DNA of 54,760 nucleotides from Chara braunii (lineage: Eukaryota > Plantae > Charophyceae). Both the position numbers and the translations under genes were made by a program. The notes below the pieces were generated by a model. It saw only the letters and a program-made list of their open reading frames with translations. It did not search any database and was not told the DNA's origin. Positions 25,233-37,760 of the stretch are shown one piece after another (within the stretch, counting starts at the first letter, position 1; the number at the start of each line of letters is the position of its first letter). The stretch is taken from the NCBI GenBank assembly GCA_003427395.1, contig BFEA01000004.1, forward strand, positions 3,056,276 to 3,111,035. The letters run 5' to 3'.

Positions 25233-25912
25233 TCTGGATCAGTTATTTTCCTCCGACACCGCTGCATGCAGGCCTCAACTTTCTGTTTTTTTGTTTGTTT
25301 GTTTGTTTGTTTGTTTGTTTGTTTGTTTTAACTTGATTCCTTATAAATAAATAAGCAGAGGCCGTGGACCTCACAATTCTACCCGGATGCACTGGCAGCA
25401 TCAGCCAGCTTAGCTTACAGGTTTTCACCTGCGGAAAGTTGAAAAAGCTACCAACTTTCCAGGTCCTACTCAACTTTCCTGTTGGACCTTGGTCCTGCCA
25501 ACCTAGTACTACAGAACGTTACTATTATACTATTGTCACTAAGTAGCTGACCATCCAATCAAGCCAGCTGCACCGGCTAACCCGCCTGATACCCTGACTG
25601 CTTAACATATTGCTACTGCTTCAGATCTACTCCCATAGATATGGCGAGATGACTGAGTAACTTACCAAAAAGTGCATACCTTGACCAGTTTCAAAAACAC
25701 TACTTGTTTATAATTTCCCTACCATCCGTACGGTACATTTTTACGCCTATTTCTGGGAATAACTCGGCCAAGAGGACCAGGAACACACCGGTCCCTTGCC
25801 TATCAGCCCTCTCCTAAATGGCCTACTGCGGCCCTATGCAACCGAGTGCCCTGGTTAATTGTCTGCCTACTCTGCCCTCTACTCAACCCGCCCTTACTCC
25901 ACAGCCAACTCT

Positions 25913-28900
25913 TTATGCTACTTTTATCGCTCCTCCTGTTTCGTTTGCTGTCCTAGTGGTGTCCACTTGTCTGGAGTCCATTAACCACCTTGATAGGACC
26001 AGACCCTTCATTGAGTGAATCGCGGCCAGCTGGTGGTTCTTCGCCCATGTGTGCAGAAACCCGCGGATCTGCCCCCGACTTCCTCTGCCCGACCTGGTTC
26101 TCCTTCTCCAATCCACGCGGATGGCTTGCCTCAGTCCCTGCTTTATGTGTCTCTTGATTTCCACATCAGAAAAAGAGCTTTTGTGGAATCTGGCTCTGTT
26201 CCTATCCGACCAGATGACTTCACAAATCAGACCTCTGACCATATGGGCTACATACCCCCAACCTCGCCTTCCACTCACGCCAGGAGGGAGAAAACCCAGT
26301 AACACCCACCTCTCATCCCAAAGAACATGCTGGCCCCCGAATTCCTTCCAATGATGAGCCCACCAATTCCATACTCGTTTTGATGTTGGGCGATCCCACC
26401 AGACATGACGGGTCGATTCGAATAACCATCTGCAACGTGTGCATCCCAGACTAACATCCATCCCTCTGCTGACCAACCATACGGCAGATGGGGTAACAAT
26501 CAGAGAGAGTAACCATAGGATACTTGCCTGTTTGCCATTCAGATGAGCTGCTAAAATCCTCCACAGTCTTAGGAAATCCTGACCTGAATGAGATAAGTCC
26601 TCACCCCAAACAGCCTGCCATCTTGGGACTGCAATTTGGGCAGGGCTCTTCAATAGCCTTTGAGATTGCTGATAGCCGTGCGAGGCTGAGTAGTCTATCA
26701 GTTTCGAGCTGGCTCGTCCCCTGCCGATCTCCAGCCCCAGGTTTGCGGGTCCATACCTAGTTGGCGCAGTTGAGTCTTGCCAACCCACGAGAGGACCTTG
26801 GTATGTGGTCTCTTGCTCCACGATTCAACCACCCTGACTTCTGCTGGATTACTCCAAATCATGACTGTATCTTCTTCTATTAGAGACAGGGTGTTGGAAG
26901 GACCGCAGCACCGCCATTTCTGTACCCTCCTGAACCCGCTTGGCAAGACCTCCAGCATCTTTCACACCTCGTTCGTCTCCATCCCCAGGTCCGAGACGTA
27001 CCATGTTCCCGGGGGGTCGACTCCCGTTGGGCCTAACAGCCTCACCTAGTCCTATGGGATAGCTTCAACTACTTGCGTCCAGTGTTCTTCCACCCTTCGC
27101 AGACCCTTGAGTGTCTCCTTCACCTCCGCCAGCGGTTTCCACCCTCCCAACCACGGGGACCACACGTCTTCGATCCGGACTATACCCCTCTTTATCCAAG
27201 CCAACCCAAATGTGCCTCTCGAGCCGTCCGCGAGTAAGGGGGAACCCGTACGGTCCAGGATATACTGGTTCTCGAAGAGTAGCTGGCCCATCACGTCTTC
27301 TTTCGTACACGGGGTGGTTTGCTCGTCCGGGGGCATCTTGTTCCATGCCTTGCGTATCGCTTCCTAGAAGCTTGACTTTAGTCTTTTCTTCCTGAGCGAC
27401 GGCATGAAGAAACACGCCCAGACGTCCTTGGGTCTGCAAAGGTCCCACTCCTTCATCAGGATCTGTTCCGCTAGTGCCACCCAATGCTCGGTTGGGCCTT
27501 GCATCACCGCCCTGGACACCCAGCTACGCAGTTGTGCCTGATTCCTTCGGGCTGGGTCTATGAGCCCCAAGCCCCCCTCCTCGCGTGGGAAGGACAAGGT
27601 ATCAACCGCCACCTTAGAAATGAAACCCTCTTCCTGACCGGCCCGAGGTTTCCATATGAAGCACGCCGCAAGCCTTCGAATTGCTTTTATAATGCCGCTT
27701 GCAAGCTCTCTCACCGTGGTGACAAACCACAGGATGGAAAAAAGGGCGACGCTGGCTACCAAGGCTCTTCCTACTAATGATAGGTGCCAAGCCGAGCCCC
27801 ACAACCTAAGTCGTGCAGCGATCCTCTATTGTAGATGGAACCCTTGACCCGACACATCAATCTGTAGACTTATCCAGATCCCCAGGAATCTCTCCTCCTC
27901 CCCTTCTTCAACCCTTCTCATGCCCCACTCCACCTTCAGCGAGAATTGAGTTGGTAAAAGGTAGGTGGATTTGTTCCAGTTGACCGTTGCCTCTGATAGC
28001 TCCGCGTACTCGCACATCACCCCTTTAAGGGCTGAGAGAGAGGAGACCGTATTCTCGCTGACTACGAACAGATCATCAACGAGAGCTTTGACCCTGCAGT
28101 CCATGCCGTTGTGTAACTGGATGCCTCTAATGTCGGGGTGTAACCGGATCTTGTTCAATAGAACCTCTAGTTGCAGGACAAAGATGAGCGGGGCGAGTGG
28201 ACACCCTTGACGTAGCGATCTTGATAATTGGAAGGGAGCGGACAGATGGTCGTTAATCATGATTGCCGACGAGGAGAAGGTGTACATCACAATGACCCAG
28301 GCGCAGAAGCTTTCGCCAAATCCCATTATCCGCAAGGTGCCTACCTTGTCGTATGCTTTCTCCAGGTCCAGAAGGCGAACCACCATATCACGGTTCTCCT
28401 CCTGGATCAACTCGAGGGATTCTATGGCTGTCACAATATTGTTAAAAATAGACCGCCCCTGCACAAAAGCCCCCTGGTCCTTCTCCACCAGCTCCGGAAG
28501 GTATTTGGACAACATGTGGGTCAACGCCTTCGCCAGAATCTTGTAAGAGACGTTTAGAAGGGAAATTGGACGCCAGTTTCGGACCTCCGATTTGTCTCCC
28601 TTCTTAAACATGACCGTGATCACCCCATGCGTCATGCCCTTGCCCAACTTACCCCCTACTAGCACCTCATTGTACAGTTCCACTAGTAACGGGTCAAGCA
28701 CCCCCCAGTTTGTTGCGTAAAACTCCACCGAGAGACCATCCACTCCTGGAGACTTTCCCTTCGCCATTGACTTCAGCGATTGGGAGAGCTCTTCCACGGT
28801 GAAAGTTCTGTCCAGGTCCAACTTGGCTGACGTATGCAGTTTCAAAGTAGTGCTGTCCCACATGTCTGTCCCACTTGACAGGTCCACGTTCACCCCGTCT

Positions 28901-30125
28901 TGCGGTCGTCTGGACGTCAGTATGTCCTCATAGTACATCCTTGCGTACTGGAGCATCCCCGTTGCGGAACAGGCTGGGGGTGCGGACTCAGCGAACGGGT
29001 GCTTAAGCTCAATCATCTGCTGCTGCAGACGGCTTGGTTGGAGTTTTTGGAATGTCTCCTTTGTCATTTTGTCGTGTGTCTCGATCCCCTTCACTTCCAG
29101 TACCTCCGTCCATTGCTTTTGCTTCTCCTCTTGGATGTTGTCCCACTCCGCAAGCCTCCTTTCACGTTCTGAGGCCCATACCAACCACGAGATAGGGTGA
29201 CCCTCCATGCGGTCTTCCGCCTCTTCCACCCTCTTCATACAGTCTGCCTCCCTTTTGTTCCTAGTCCTTGCCATAATTCTTGAGATCACGTTAAGCACCC
29301 CGGATGTAATAGCCAGGCCCCCGTCCAACCATTCTGCATTGGAGTTGAACAGATGTCTATCTCCCTCTCATTTGGTCATGTGATCTGACACCCATTCCCC
29401 CACTCTGGGGACCCTTAGCACCTCGTTGTTCAAGCGAAAGAAGCCTCTCCCTCTTTCGCAGCCCAAACTCAGTCTAAGATCCACCACTACCGGTTTGTGA
29501 TCGGAAATCGGGTGGCAGAAGTGCCTGACGGATGTGACTCTGTCCATCACCTGTTCTGAAAGAAAGAAGTAGTCAAGGCGCCTTCTGGTCACCGTCTGTC
29601 TATCCCACTGCAGATGAGAAGTCTAGGTGTAACCTAGGTCGTCTGGGTTCAGAGTCGGGAATGGGTCCACCAGCGTCAGCTCCGGGATGAATTCCAACAC
29701 TGTCCTCACGTCCCCCCTATTCGTTGTCGGTGCGCCGGGTCTCAGGGCTTCGTCTAGTGACACATTCAAGTCACCAGCAAGAAGCAGTCTGTCTGCCTTG
29801 GGGACAGGAAGCATCAGTCTTGCGAAGAATTTTTCCCTTTCCCCTGCCCCTGTCGGTGCATACACTGTCATGAAGGCTCATTCCTCCTTACCTATGAGCA
29901 CCTTGAGCCACACCCATTTGCCCCAGATATCCACCTCTGAGTCGATCACCTGAGCTTGTAGGTCCCTATGTAGCATGATGCCCACTCCACCCCGGGTACC
30001 TTGCGTCGGGGCCCACACTTGTGGGCCCTCCCACCATTGAGAGAACTCAATCAGTTTCTCTTTATCTAATTTCGTATTCGTCTTCTTTTACCCCTCCCGT
30101 TCGACACCGCTCGACTTTTATCCAT
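25913..30125 (-). pseudogene. LINE ORF2: APE endonuclease, reverse transcriptase, C-terminal zf-RVT; several stops and frameshifts
   Basis: APE: GGVGI, VYAP, LLAGDLN, RRLDYF, SDHKPV. RT: KSPGVDG, NWRPISLLNVSYKI, LDLEKAYDKV, LRQGCPLAP, LVDD. C-terminus: CTRC..ESTRHVWW. Confidence 0.93.
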
Positions 30126-31357
30126 GAAGTCTGCTTTCTTCCACTAGCTGTTGGATGCGGGCATTGTCTCCTTGCGTGTTGACCTGGTCTTGAGCCACCT
30201 GTGTAACTTCTGCTGTAGATCTGCCTGGTCTTCGTTGAGAACTTCGTTGGGAGCTTCCCCTGGATGAGTTGGCCTGGGACGACAGCGCCCGCCATTCCTC
30301 GGTAAGCTTCGTGGCAATGAAGGGCGAGTGCAAGTTCTCTTCTGCGATGAGTTTCTCGTTTGCATTCAGCAGGATCAAACCGGATACTCCTGGTAGAACC
30401 TTAATCTGTTCCAACTCTTGCATGTTGCGTTCCCTGATGAGGTCTATGTGGAACCAGCGAATGCCTGCCTGCGATAATGTGTGCGCCACTTCTGACGGGA
30501 TTCTGGCATCGAGGAGTGGAAAGTACATCTTCGTATAGCCTTTAACTGTTTCACAAATGATACTGGCCATGGTCGAATGGGGGATCAGCCTCACTGGTAT
30601 GTGTACCCCGTACATCTTCTTCGTTTCTTCGAAAATCATAGCTGGGGTTGGCGAACGGTTCACCTCCACCGAGGGAATCAGAGGAGCACCCTCCTCATCC
30701 GAGAGTGTGATAAAGCAGATACCCTCCGTCGTCCTGGTACAGATTAGCGGGATCAGACATCTCTGCACCGACTCCATTCTGTTTCTGTCCACTGTCTCCG
30801 CTCTGTGTCCCCTGTCCGGTATACGACTGTCCTCCCTTGTCTGTTTGTCTTTGCCTATGGTCCCTGATGCGGCTGAGCTTTCCATGGACGACGATTCACC
30901 TGATGATTCTATTTCCTCACAACACTCGCTTCCCCACCTCACTTTGGAGTGCAAGGAAAGAGATATCTTTGATTGCTCCACTTGTAAAGTCGGGTTCTCT
31001 TTCTGGTGCAAGTCTGTCCCCCTTCCCCGTAGCGTCTCCTCCCCTGGCCTTTCTGGAACGGTGTGACCCCACTTGCCATGTCTCCAAGTTTGCGAGTCAT
31101 CTCCCTTGTTCCTCGGACTGTCATCTTTTCAAGCATCCCACCTGGAGTTGCTAGCCTTGGTTCGTCTTCTGTTTGACCCGGCCCTGCTTTCCACGGTAGA
31201 AGCGTGGAACGGAGCCAGCAAACTCCCAGGGTACATACCTGCAAGTACCGAAGTGCCACCAGGTTTCGAGTTCATAGGAACATCTCAGCAGACGGAGTGT
31301 TCCGCTGGATCCGCTCTTCCTCAAGATCCACAAGACTCAGGAAGGTGTAGAGGGGGG
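30118..31357 (-). pseudogene. LINE ORF1, C-terminal part
   Basis: 297-aa ORF 30118..31011 directly upstream of ORF2, its end overlapping the putative ORF2 ATG. The frame extends upstream through STVESRAGSNRRRT. Confidence 0.65.
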
Positions 31358-33153
31358 TAACATGCGAGAATTGAAGACAGATAGCAACAGAGACAAGAGA
31401 ATACCTCGCTTACTACACTCTCGTCCGACTCTCTGCATCCGGAAGCAGGGAACAGGGAAGGGCAGGGGAGACACCAGGCGGGGCCCGCGACTCCTAATAG
31501 CTAGATCGTGAGCAGACAACAGGGAGGAAGGATACCAGGAGGCAAAAACATGGATAATCCGTGCAGAACCGGGAGTGACACACCGCCGCGTCCGCCTCAA
31601 TCAAGGGAAGACGTATCCAGAGTTAGAGAGTCGGTGAGCAGGTGCTACGATGATGGGATGTGTCTAGAAGGAGACAATTTGGGAAGGCTGGTCGAAGACG
31701 AGGAAGGGAAAAGATTTGTTGTGAACGAGGTGATAGACGAAGTGAAGGAACAATGACTTAAAGACAGATCAGTTATAGTAACGTTCTAGGGCGAAGTCAA
31801 GAATCTGTCGAGGTCTGTTAAGGAGGACCTCATAAGAGCGTATTAAGATGGATGGACTGCGGAACGACTATTTCAACCTAAGGCAAGGAGGGGGAGAGTG
31901 AAGTTTGAAGGTCAAAACGTCGCCTCATACGTAGCGAAATCCAAGGAAATCGTTGAATGGCTGATTCGTCAGAAGGAACTGAAGATAAAGCTGGAGCAAA
32001 TAGAATACATGGTGACGTTCAAACCCAGGCTGTCAAAACAAGAACTCCAGGATGTTCACACCCCGGAAGCAGAGACAAGGTTCTGGATTATGGCCCTGAG
32101 AGTCCCGCTAGATGCCTATTACTACCTGAAGGGTGCGGTGATAGCCTGCTTTGGGGAAGTGCTAGTCGCGCACAGCCCTGAATACGACAAAGATCGGCCG
32201 AAGCTCATGAACGTTAAGTTTGACATGCCCCCGGCAGCAAGAGGCAACATTGAGGATGAGTTGGTTATCGAATCTCCGAAGGGGTCCCGCTGGAAGGTGG
32301 AGATTGCGACACCTTACACGGACTGGTGCAGGCGATGTAGATGGTACTTCTATACGGAAGACACCTGTCCAAGAATTAGGATGGAGTTGGGAAGAAGGGG
32401 CAATGGCGAACGGCAGGGGGGACATAGAGCTCGGTACCGTGAACATCTGCTAAATCAAGTACGGGAAAACAGGGAAGAGGCAGAACCCAGGAGAGATGAC
32501 CATCCACCCCCAGCTGGGAGAGGGCCTCAGGAGCAAAGTACCAGCAATGGACAGCGGCAACGAGAGGCAGGAGGGACCACACAAAGCAGGGAGGGGAGAA
32601 CCAGGGCGCAACACCTCACGACTGACACAGGTATTTAAGTCCCGGGACTGTAGGCTCGGGGAGGACCATCGCAGCAGAACCAGCGGCAGGAAGCGTCGCC
32701 TTGGGATCTCAGCGGAGTGAATGGTCACTGGGAGGAACCTCAGTGGGCCGATCAGACATGGGGTAATGATCAGAGACCAGGATACGGAGTACCCCTGATG
32801 CAACCTTGGATCCTCAGAAGAGATTGGCCAGGTGGCAATATCGAGATTGGCACAGAGGGCTATGGGCAGCATGGGGCAATGGTGCCAGGCAGGGGAAGCC
32901 CGGTCCACACGAATTGTCAAGCATGGCAGAACATGCAGCAGTTTCACGGAGAGTCTTACACGGACGGTGGCTACCTACTCCCTAGGGACGCGTACCCCCC
33001 TGCTAATCAAGGTCAGGTGTCACACCCAAAACCGCGTTACCCGTCGGATACCTATGATTGGAGATGCTGGGCTCCGCTGGGGCAAAACAGAGGTCCCCCG
33101 GACCCGGACCTTTCCAGGTGGGAAAGCAGGGCCGGGTCAAACAGAAGACGAAC
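31358..33153 (+). pseudogene. Inverted 5' segment of the LINE: 5' UTR and ORF1 N-terminus with a degenerate zinc knuckle
   Basis: ORFs 31508..31756 and 31898..32638 read FWIMALRVPL...WCRRCRWYFYTEDTCP (CX2CX4[H>Y]X4C), the layout of plant-type L1 ORF1. Confidence 0.75.
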
Positions 33154-33549
33154 TTTCTGTTTTCGGCATGGAGGCCGCAACTTTCTTTTTTAGGCCTGCC
33201 AGAGCAAAATGGCTGGCGGCTTTTTGGCGCGCAGGGCGTTCCGGGCCCCGAGAAAAAGGGGCTCGGAGGTACTAGCGGCATGGGCCGCAGATGCAATTTC
33301 CCCTTGTTTTCTTTTGCCTTTTCGAGGGGTCGGCGGCCTTGACACGCCGTGTGATAGGGCTGCCTGCACTTTTGTCCCCTTCACATCTGATGAGTGCCGC
33401 CCCGAGGCCCTAGAGATATAGCTCTTTCGTTAGTGGTATGGCGCGGCCGGGTCCAAGTAGAGGGCCTAGCTAATTCAGACAGGATTCGAATTCATGTCTC
33501 TATTTCAACAGCTCGTCTGCATTTCACACGCGCATTTGTCTTCTCGGGG

Positions 33550-33710
33550 CAGCGCGTCTGGTGGGCTCTGGCCGGAGCAGAGTCGATCTACGTGCGAACG
33601 GGCGTGCGGAAGCGCAGTCCCTCTCTCTCTCTCCCCGCTTCTCTGTGCCTGCGGTGTTCTGCCTGGAGATGTCCGTCTTTCCATCCACATTCGGCCTCGA
33701 ACGGAAACAG
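33550..33710 (+). other. Candidate non-coding first exon of the ZMAT2-like gene (5' boundary unknown)
   Basis: Consensus donor CAG|GTGAGT at 33710/33711 in a GC-rich, CT-microsatellite-rich segment upstream of the ATG exon. Confidence 0.4.
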
Positions 33711-33737
33711 GTGAGTCCGCGGCGCGTGGCGAACTGC

Positions 33738-33781
<44 letters not shown>

Positions 33782-33821
33782 NNNNNNNNNNNNNNNNNNN
33801 NNNNNNNNNNNNNNNNNNNNN

Positions 33822-33855
<34 letters not shown>

Positions 33856-34655
33856 CCCCCGGGGCCCTTCCCTCCCTCTCTCTCAGCGGTTTTGTGCGTG
33901 AAGAGTTTCAGAGGTGCGTTCATACTCGTCCCCAAAACGAAGCAGGTGGGCTTGCCCGGCGTGCGCGAAGTGCTCTCTCTCTCTCTTACACACACACATA
34001 CACACACACATAAAATGTGTGGGTTTGCCCGCCGTGCGTGAAGTGCTCTCTCCCTCGCTCTCACACACACACAAAAGAAAAAGTAAAAAAGAAAAAAAAA
34101 GGTGGCGTGCGTGAAGTGCACTCTCTCTCTCTCTCTCCCCCCTCCCCCCTCCCACCCATCCCCCTCCTTTCCTCCCTCCGTACGTCCATTCGTTTAAGCC
34201 TGCAACTTCATTTTTTGTGAGGGCTCCATGTTGCAAGTGGGACAGGATTTGTGCACGGCCGGTCTTGGAAGGAGTAGGCGGGGATCATGCCGTCAATGCG
34301 GAGAGGCAGGGGAAGAAGGAACAATAGGCGGGGGGGGTGTTGCCATCGAAATCTTGAGGGGCTGGATTAGTAGGAGAAGGACGAAGAGGGAGGGTGAGCA
34401 TGCGGGATGAGGAGGATGAGAGGGTCAGGATTTTGTCGGTCAGGATGGGATACGACGACAGAGGAAGCAGAAGGAAAGTCACCGGATGATGGTGAAGCAT
34501 GCAGTGCAAGGTAAGTTGGCCGGCTCTAAGGAGATTGTGGAGGAGGAAGACGTCGAGGTCGAGGAGGGAAGTCCCCGGGAGAGGAGGGGAAGGGGGAGGG
34601 GAGGGGTCGGCGGGGCGATCGAGGAGGCTCCCAATTTGTGAAGAAGGGAATGGGC

Positions 34656-34693
34656 CTGTCTCTTATACACATCTAGATGTGTATAAGAGACAG
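34656..34693. other. Nextera (Tn5 mosaic-end) mate-pair junction adapter; assembly artefact
   Basis: Exact ctgtctcttatacacatct + agatgtgtataagagacag. Confidence 0.99.
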
Positions 34694-34830
34694 GGCCCGA
34701 GGTTTCCATATGAAGCGCGCCGCAAGCCTTCGAACTGCTTTTATAATGCCGCTTGCAAGCTCTCTCACCGTGGTGACAAACCACAGGATGGAAAAAAGGG
34801 CGACGCTGGCTACCAAGGCTCTTCCTACTA
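34694..34830 (-). other. LINE RT fragment attached via the adapter (chimeric read)
   Basis: Near-identical to 27640-27776 (two visible mismatches); sits between the adapter and an N gap. Confidence 0.9.
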
Positions 34831-35416
34831 NNNNNNNNNNNNNNNNNNNNNNNNNNNNNNNNNNNNNNNNNNNNNNNNNNNNNNNNNNNNNNNNNNNNNN
34901 NNNNNNNNNNNNNNNNNNNNNNNNNNNNNNNNNNNNNNGATCGAGAGGTGGAGAGGGTCGGAATGACAGCCAATCAGGGGGAAGGATGTGGGGACTGATG
35001 AATTGCAGAGAAAGAACGGCAAGGCAACAGGTTAAGGAATGCAGGTCGTGTAGGGGATCGCGACAAGTTGGGGAAAAAAGAGATTGCAAGGCAGGAAGAG
35101 GGGCTAGGCACGGAGGGAGGGGAACATGGTGTAAGGGAATGAGAGAGCAGGATAATAAGGAAGGGCCGGAATAACGAGAGGGATAAGGTGAATGTGGATA
35201 TGGCGATGCAGGTGATTGAGAGAGGGCAATGGAGAGAGAAAGAGATCGAAGAGGATGGCAAAGGAATGGAGAAAGACGGGAAGAGATGGCAGAAGAGGAT
35301 GGGGAAAATCGGATTGCTGGGAGGAAGATCGGACGGGGGGATGGATGGCACAAGTTGAAAGATGGATTCGCACAGGCGGAAGAGAGGGAATGGAGAAGAA
35401 AGAAAGGGAAAAAAAG

Positions 35417-35418
<2 letters not shown>

Positions 35419-35483
<65 letters not shown>

Positions 35484-35516
35484 GGTCGCCGTATCATTGG
35501 GTGGGTGGGTGGGGGG

Positions 35517-35577
<61 letters not shown>
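35419..35577. repeat. Two (GA)n microsatellites
   Basis: Direct reading: ~35419-35480 and ~35519-35577. Confidence 0.97.
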
Positions 35578-35580
<3 letters not shown>

Positions 35581-37751
35581 CATGAGAGGGCAGTTGATTG
35601 TCGTCAATGACCCGACGACGCAGCCCCTGGAGCGAGAGAGAAATAGGGTAGGGATGGAGAAAGGAGAATAGCAAGAGAACGGGAAGATTGAGGGAGAAAG
35701 AGATGGCAAGAGGGAACAGGGCAGAGAGAGATCGCAGCGGGATAATACAGTAATCTTCGGGGGCATTATCTTCTCTTCATCGGGGCACGCACGTCCTCCC
35801 GCCAATTCCCGCCCTAGGTGATTCTAAAACACAAAGAGGAGGGAAGAAAGAAAGATGATGACGAAATATTAATTAGTATGTGATATATTACTACATCCTT
35901 TCAAGCGCTTCTTCTCTATCAATAAACACTCGATTAAAATCGGTGAACAATGAACGGTGATCGGTTTCATCAGTTGGCTTTTCCGCTTCTGTTTCTTTTT
36001 ATACTCGCCTCTCGGCCATCATAGAGTCGTATTGATTTAATTAATCCGTAGACCTGCGAGACACATCATCAGATTTTTATCACATTTCATCATCTTAATC
36101 GAAATAAGCGTTGAACTCTGTCCGGCGCAATAGACGTGGTTCAAAATATAGCTCCCGTAGTGTTCTCCCTCTTTCTCTCTCTCAGTGCATCTCTCTCTCT
36201 CTCTCTCTCTCTTTCTGACCGTGCACACACACAACCACGAGATATGTAATGTACAAGGTTATTTCTGTAGACCCCGGATATCTCATTGATATTTCCAGGT
36301 GTCCGGGCGTAGCCGCACTGGCTTTGATTTTGGATGTTGGTGGATGTTGATGGATGCCATGGATGTTGCTTGGTGTTGATGGATGGATGGACTGTGGGTG
36401 GGTGGGTTAGTGATGGGAGGGTGGCGCTGGTGCTGACAATTACTGGCTGGTGCCCAGTTGCTGTTTGTTGTCTTCTCTGGTGTGTGGCTCTGCTGTGACC
36501 GTTTTTTCCTTCTTTTCAGGTCGTTTGTGGACAGCTGTTGAAAGGCGTTCCCTCCCCTCCCCCCCCCCCGATCTTCTTGGCGACTTGGGGTTGCTTGATG
36601 AAGTGAGGTATATACACTCGACAGCTTCTAGTGGTCGACTCTCGTCCTGTAGGCGTAACTGGAAGCGGGAGCAGTAATAATGCAGCAGCGAAGTCGCTTG
36701 TCAGTAGAGACAGTTATGGTGGGGACCGGAAGCCTGTCAGGCAATGAAGACTAGCAAGTTTCATCCAAGGGGGGAGGGGAGGAGGGGAGGAGGGGGGGGG
36801 GAGGGCGGAGCAGCAAAGAAATCAACCTTTGAAAAGTTAGCATTATTGTAAAGGTTAAAGGTAGTGACTTCTTTTCTCTCATCACGGTAGTAGGGGGTAG
36901 GTTGTTTATTTTTTTTAGCAGCATTAGCCATTTCGAGGGCTGCTGGCTGATTATTTTTTAGCAGCATTAGTCATTACAAAGTGCTTTTTTCCCCCAGTGA
37001 TGGGTACGAAGGCGGCGGACTGACTTAGTGTTCATGTTCAATTGCCAGTTGACCAGAAGCAGAGTACTTCTCTTGCCCGTCTTCACATTGCAAGAGCATT
37101 TCGATTCGATCCTGGGGCGGTCGCACTAGCAGCAACCCGAGGCAGAGTAGCAACCCGAGTCTTGCTCGTTTACCGTGGCAAGAGCATATCAATACGGGTC
37201 GGGGGGGGGTAGCAAAAAAAAAAAAAGGCGGCAGGGCACTTTTTAAAAATGCGCAGTTCCAGGCTGGCTGCGAGCCTTGGAAGGTAGCTTCGTTGTTGAT
37301 GATGAAATGGAAATTTGAATTTTGAGGAGGGGGAAAAAAAAAGGGGTGGCTTTTGTCGACTTAGGCCTGTGTGAACTGGTGGCTGGTGATTTAAGGTGCG
37401 GAACAGTTGAGGTGGGCCTCTTTTTTCTTGGGTTATCGTTGTGCTTGACTGATTAGGGGTTTGAGACCAGATCATAAGAGGAGGGGGAGGGAGAAGAGGG
37501 GCGAGGGGGAGGAGAGGAAGGGGGGAGGAAGGGGGGGGAAGGGGGTCGTTAGCAGCGTTAGTGAAGTCCGTGCTACCTAGTCTAATCATTATTACGGCGT
37601 CACGGAGCTCTATTCTTGTGGCCGTTGGGCAGTGATTTCATCGGCTCGTATATATATATCTATATATGTTTGTGACGATATATATATATATATATTGCGG
37701 ACTGACTGCTTCTTATTCGCTGCTGGAGAAAAGCCATAACAGCCAGCAGCC

Positions 37752-37760
37752 ATGTCGAAG
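37752..37760 (+). CDS. ZMAT2: ZMAT2/Snu23 homologue, first coding exon (MSK)
   Basis: gcagccATGTCGAAG|GTATGT: good start context and a strong phase-0 donor, in frame with the next exon. Confidence 0.7.

Larger units (their letters stand above)
25290..33150 (-). mobile_element. L1/Tx1-type LINE with (AAAC)n tail, inverted 5' segment and 13-bp TSD
   Basis: Tail appears as (TTTG)n at 25290-25328. TSD aactttctgtttt at 25277-25289 and 33151-33163. ORF2 and the ORF1 C-terminus lie on -, the ORF1 N-terminus on +. Confidence 0.88.

Noticed and set aside
33386-33420. ctgatga as a hammerhead core
   Set aside because: No stem II followed by GAAA.
34656-34693. Bacterial Tn5/IS50 horizontal transfer
   Set aside because: Exact synthetic mosaic-end pair in mate-pair junction orientation, close to a gap.
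36520-36607. Additional 5' UTR exon (ttttcag|...gag|gtatat)
   Set aside because: The acceptor is plausible but the donor is weak; unsupported without transcripts.
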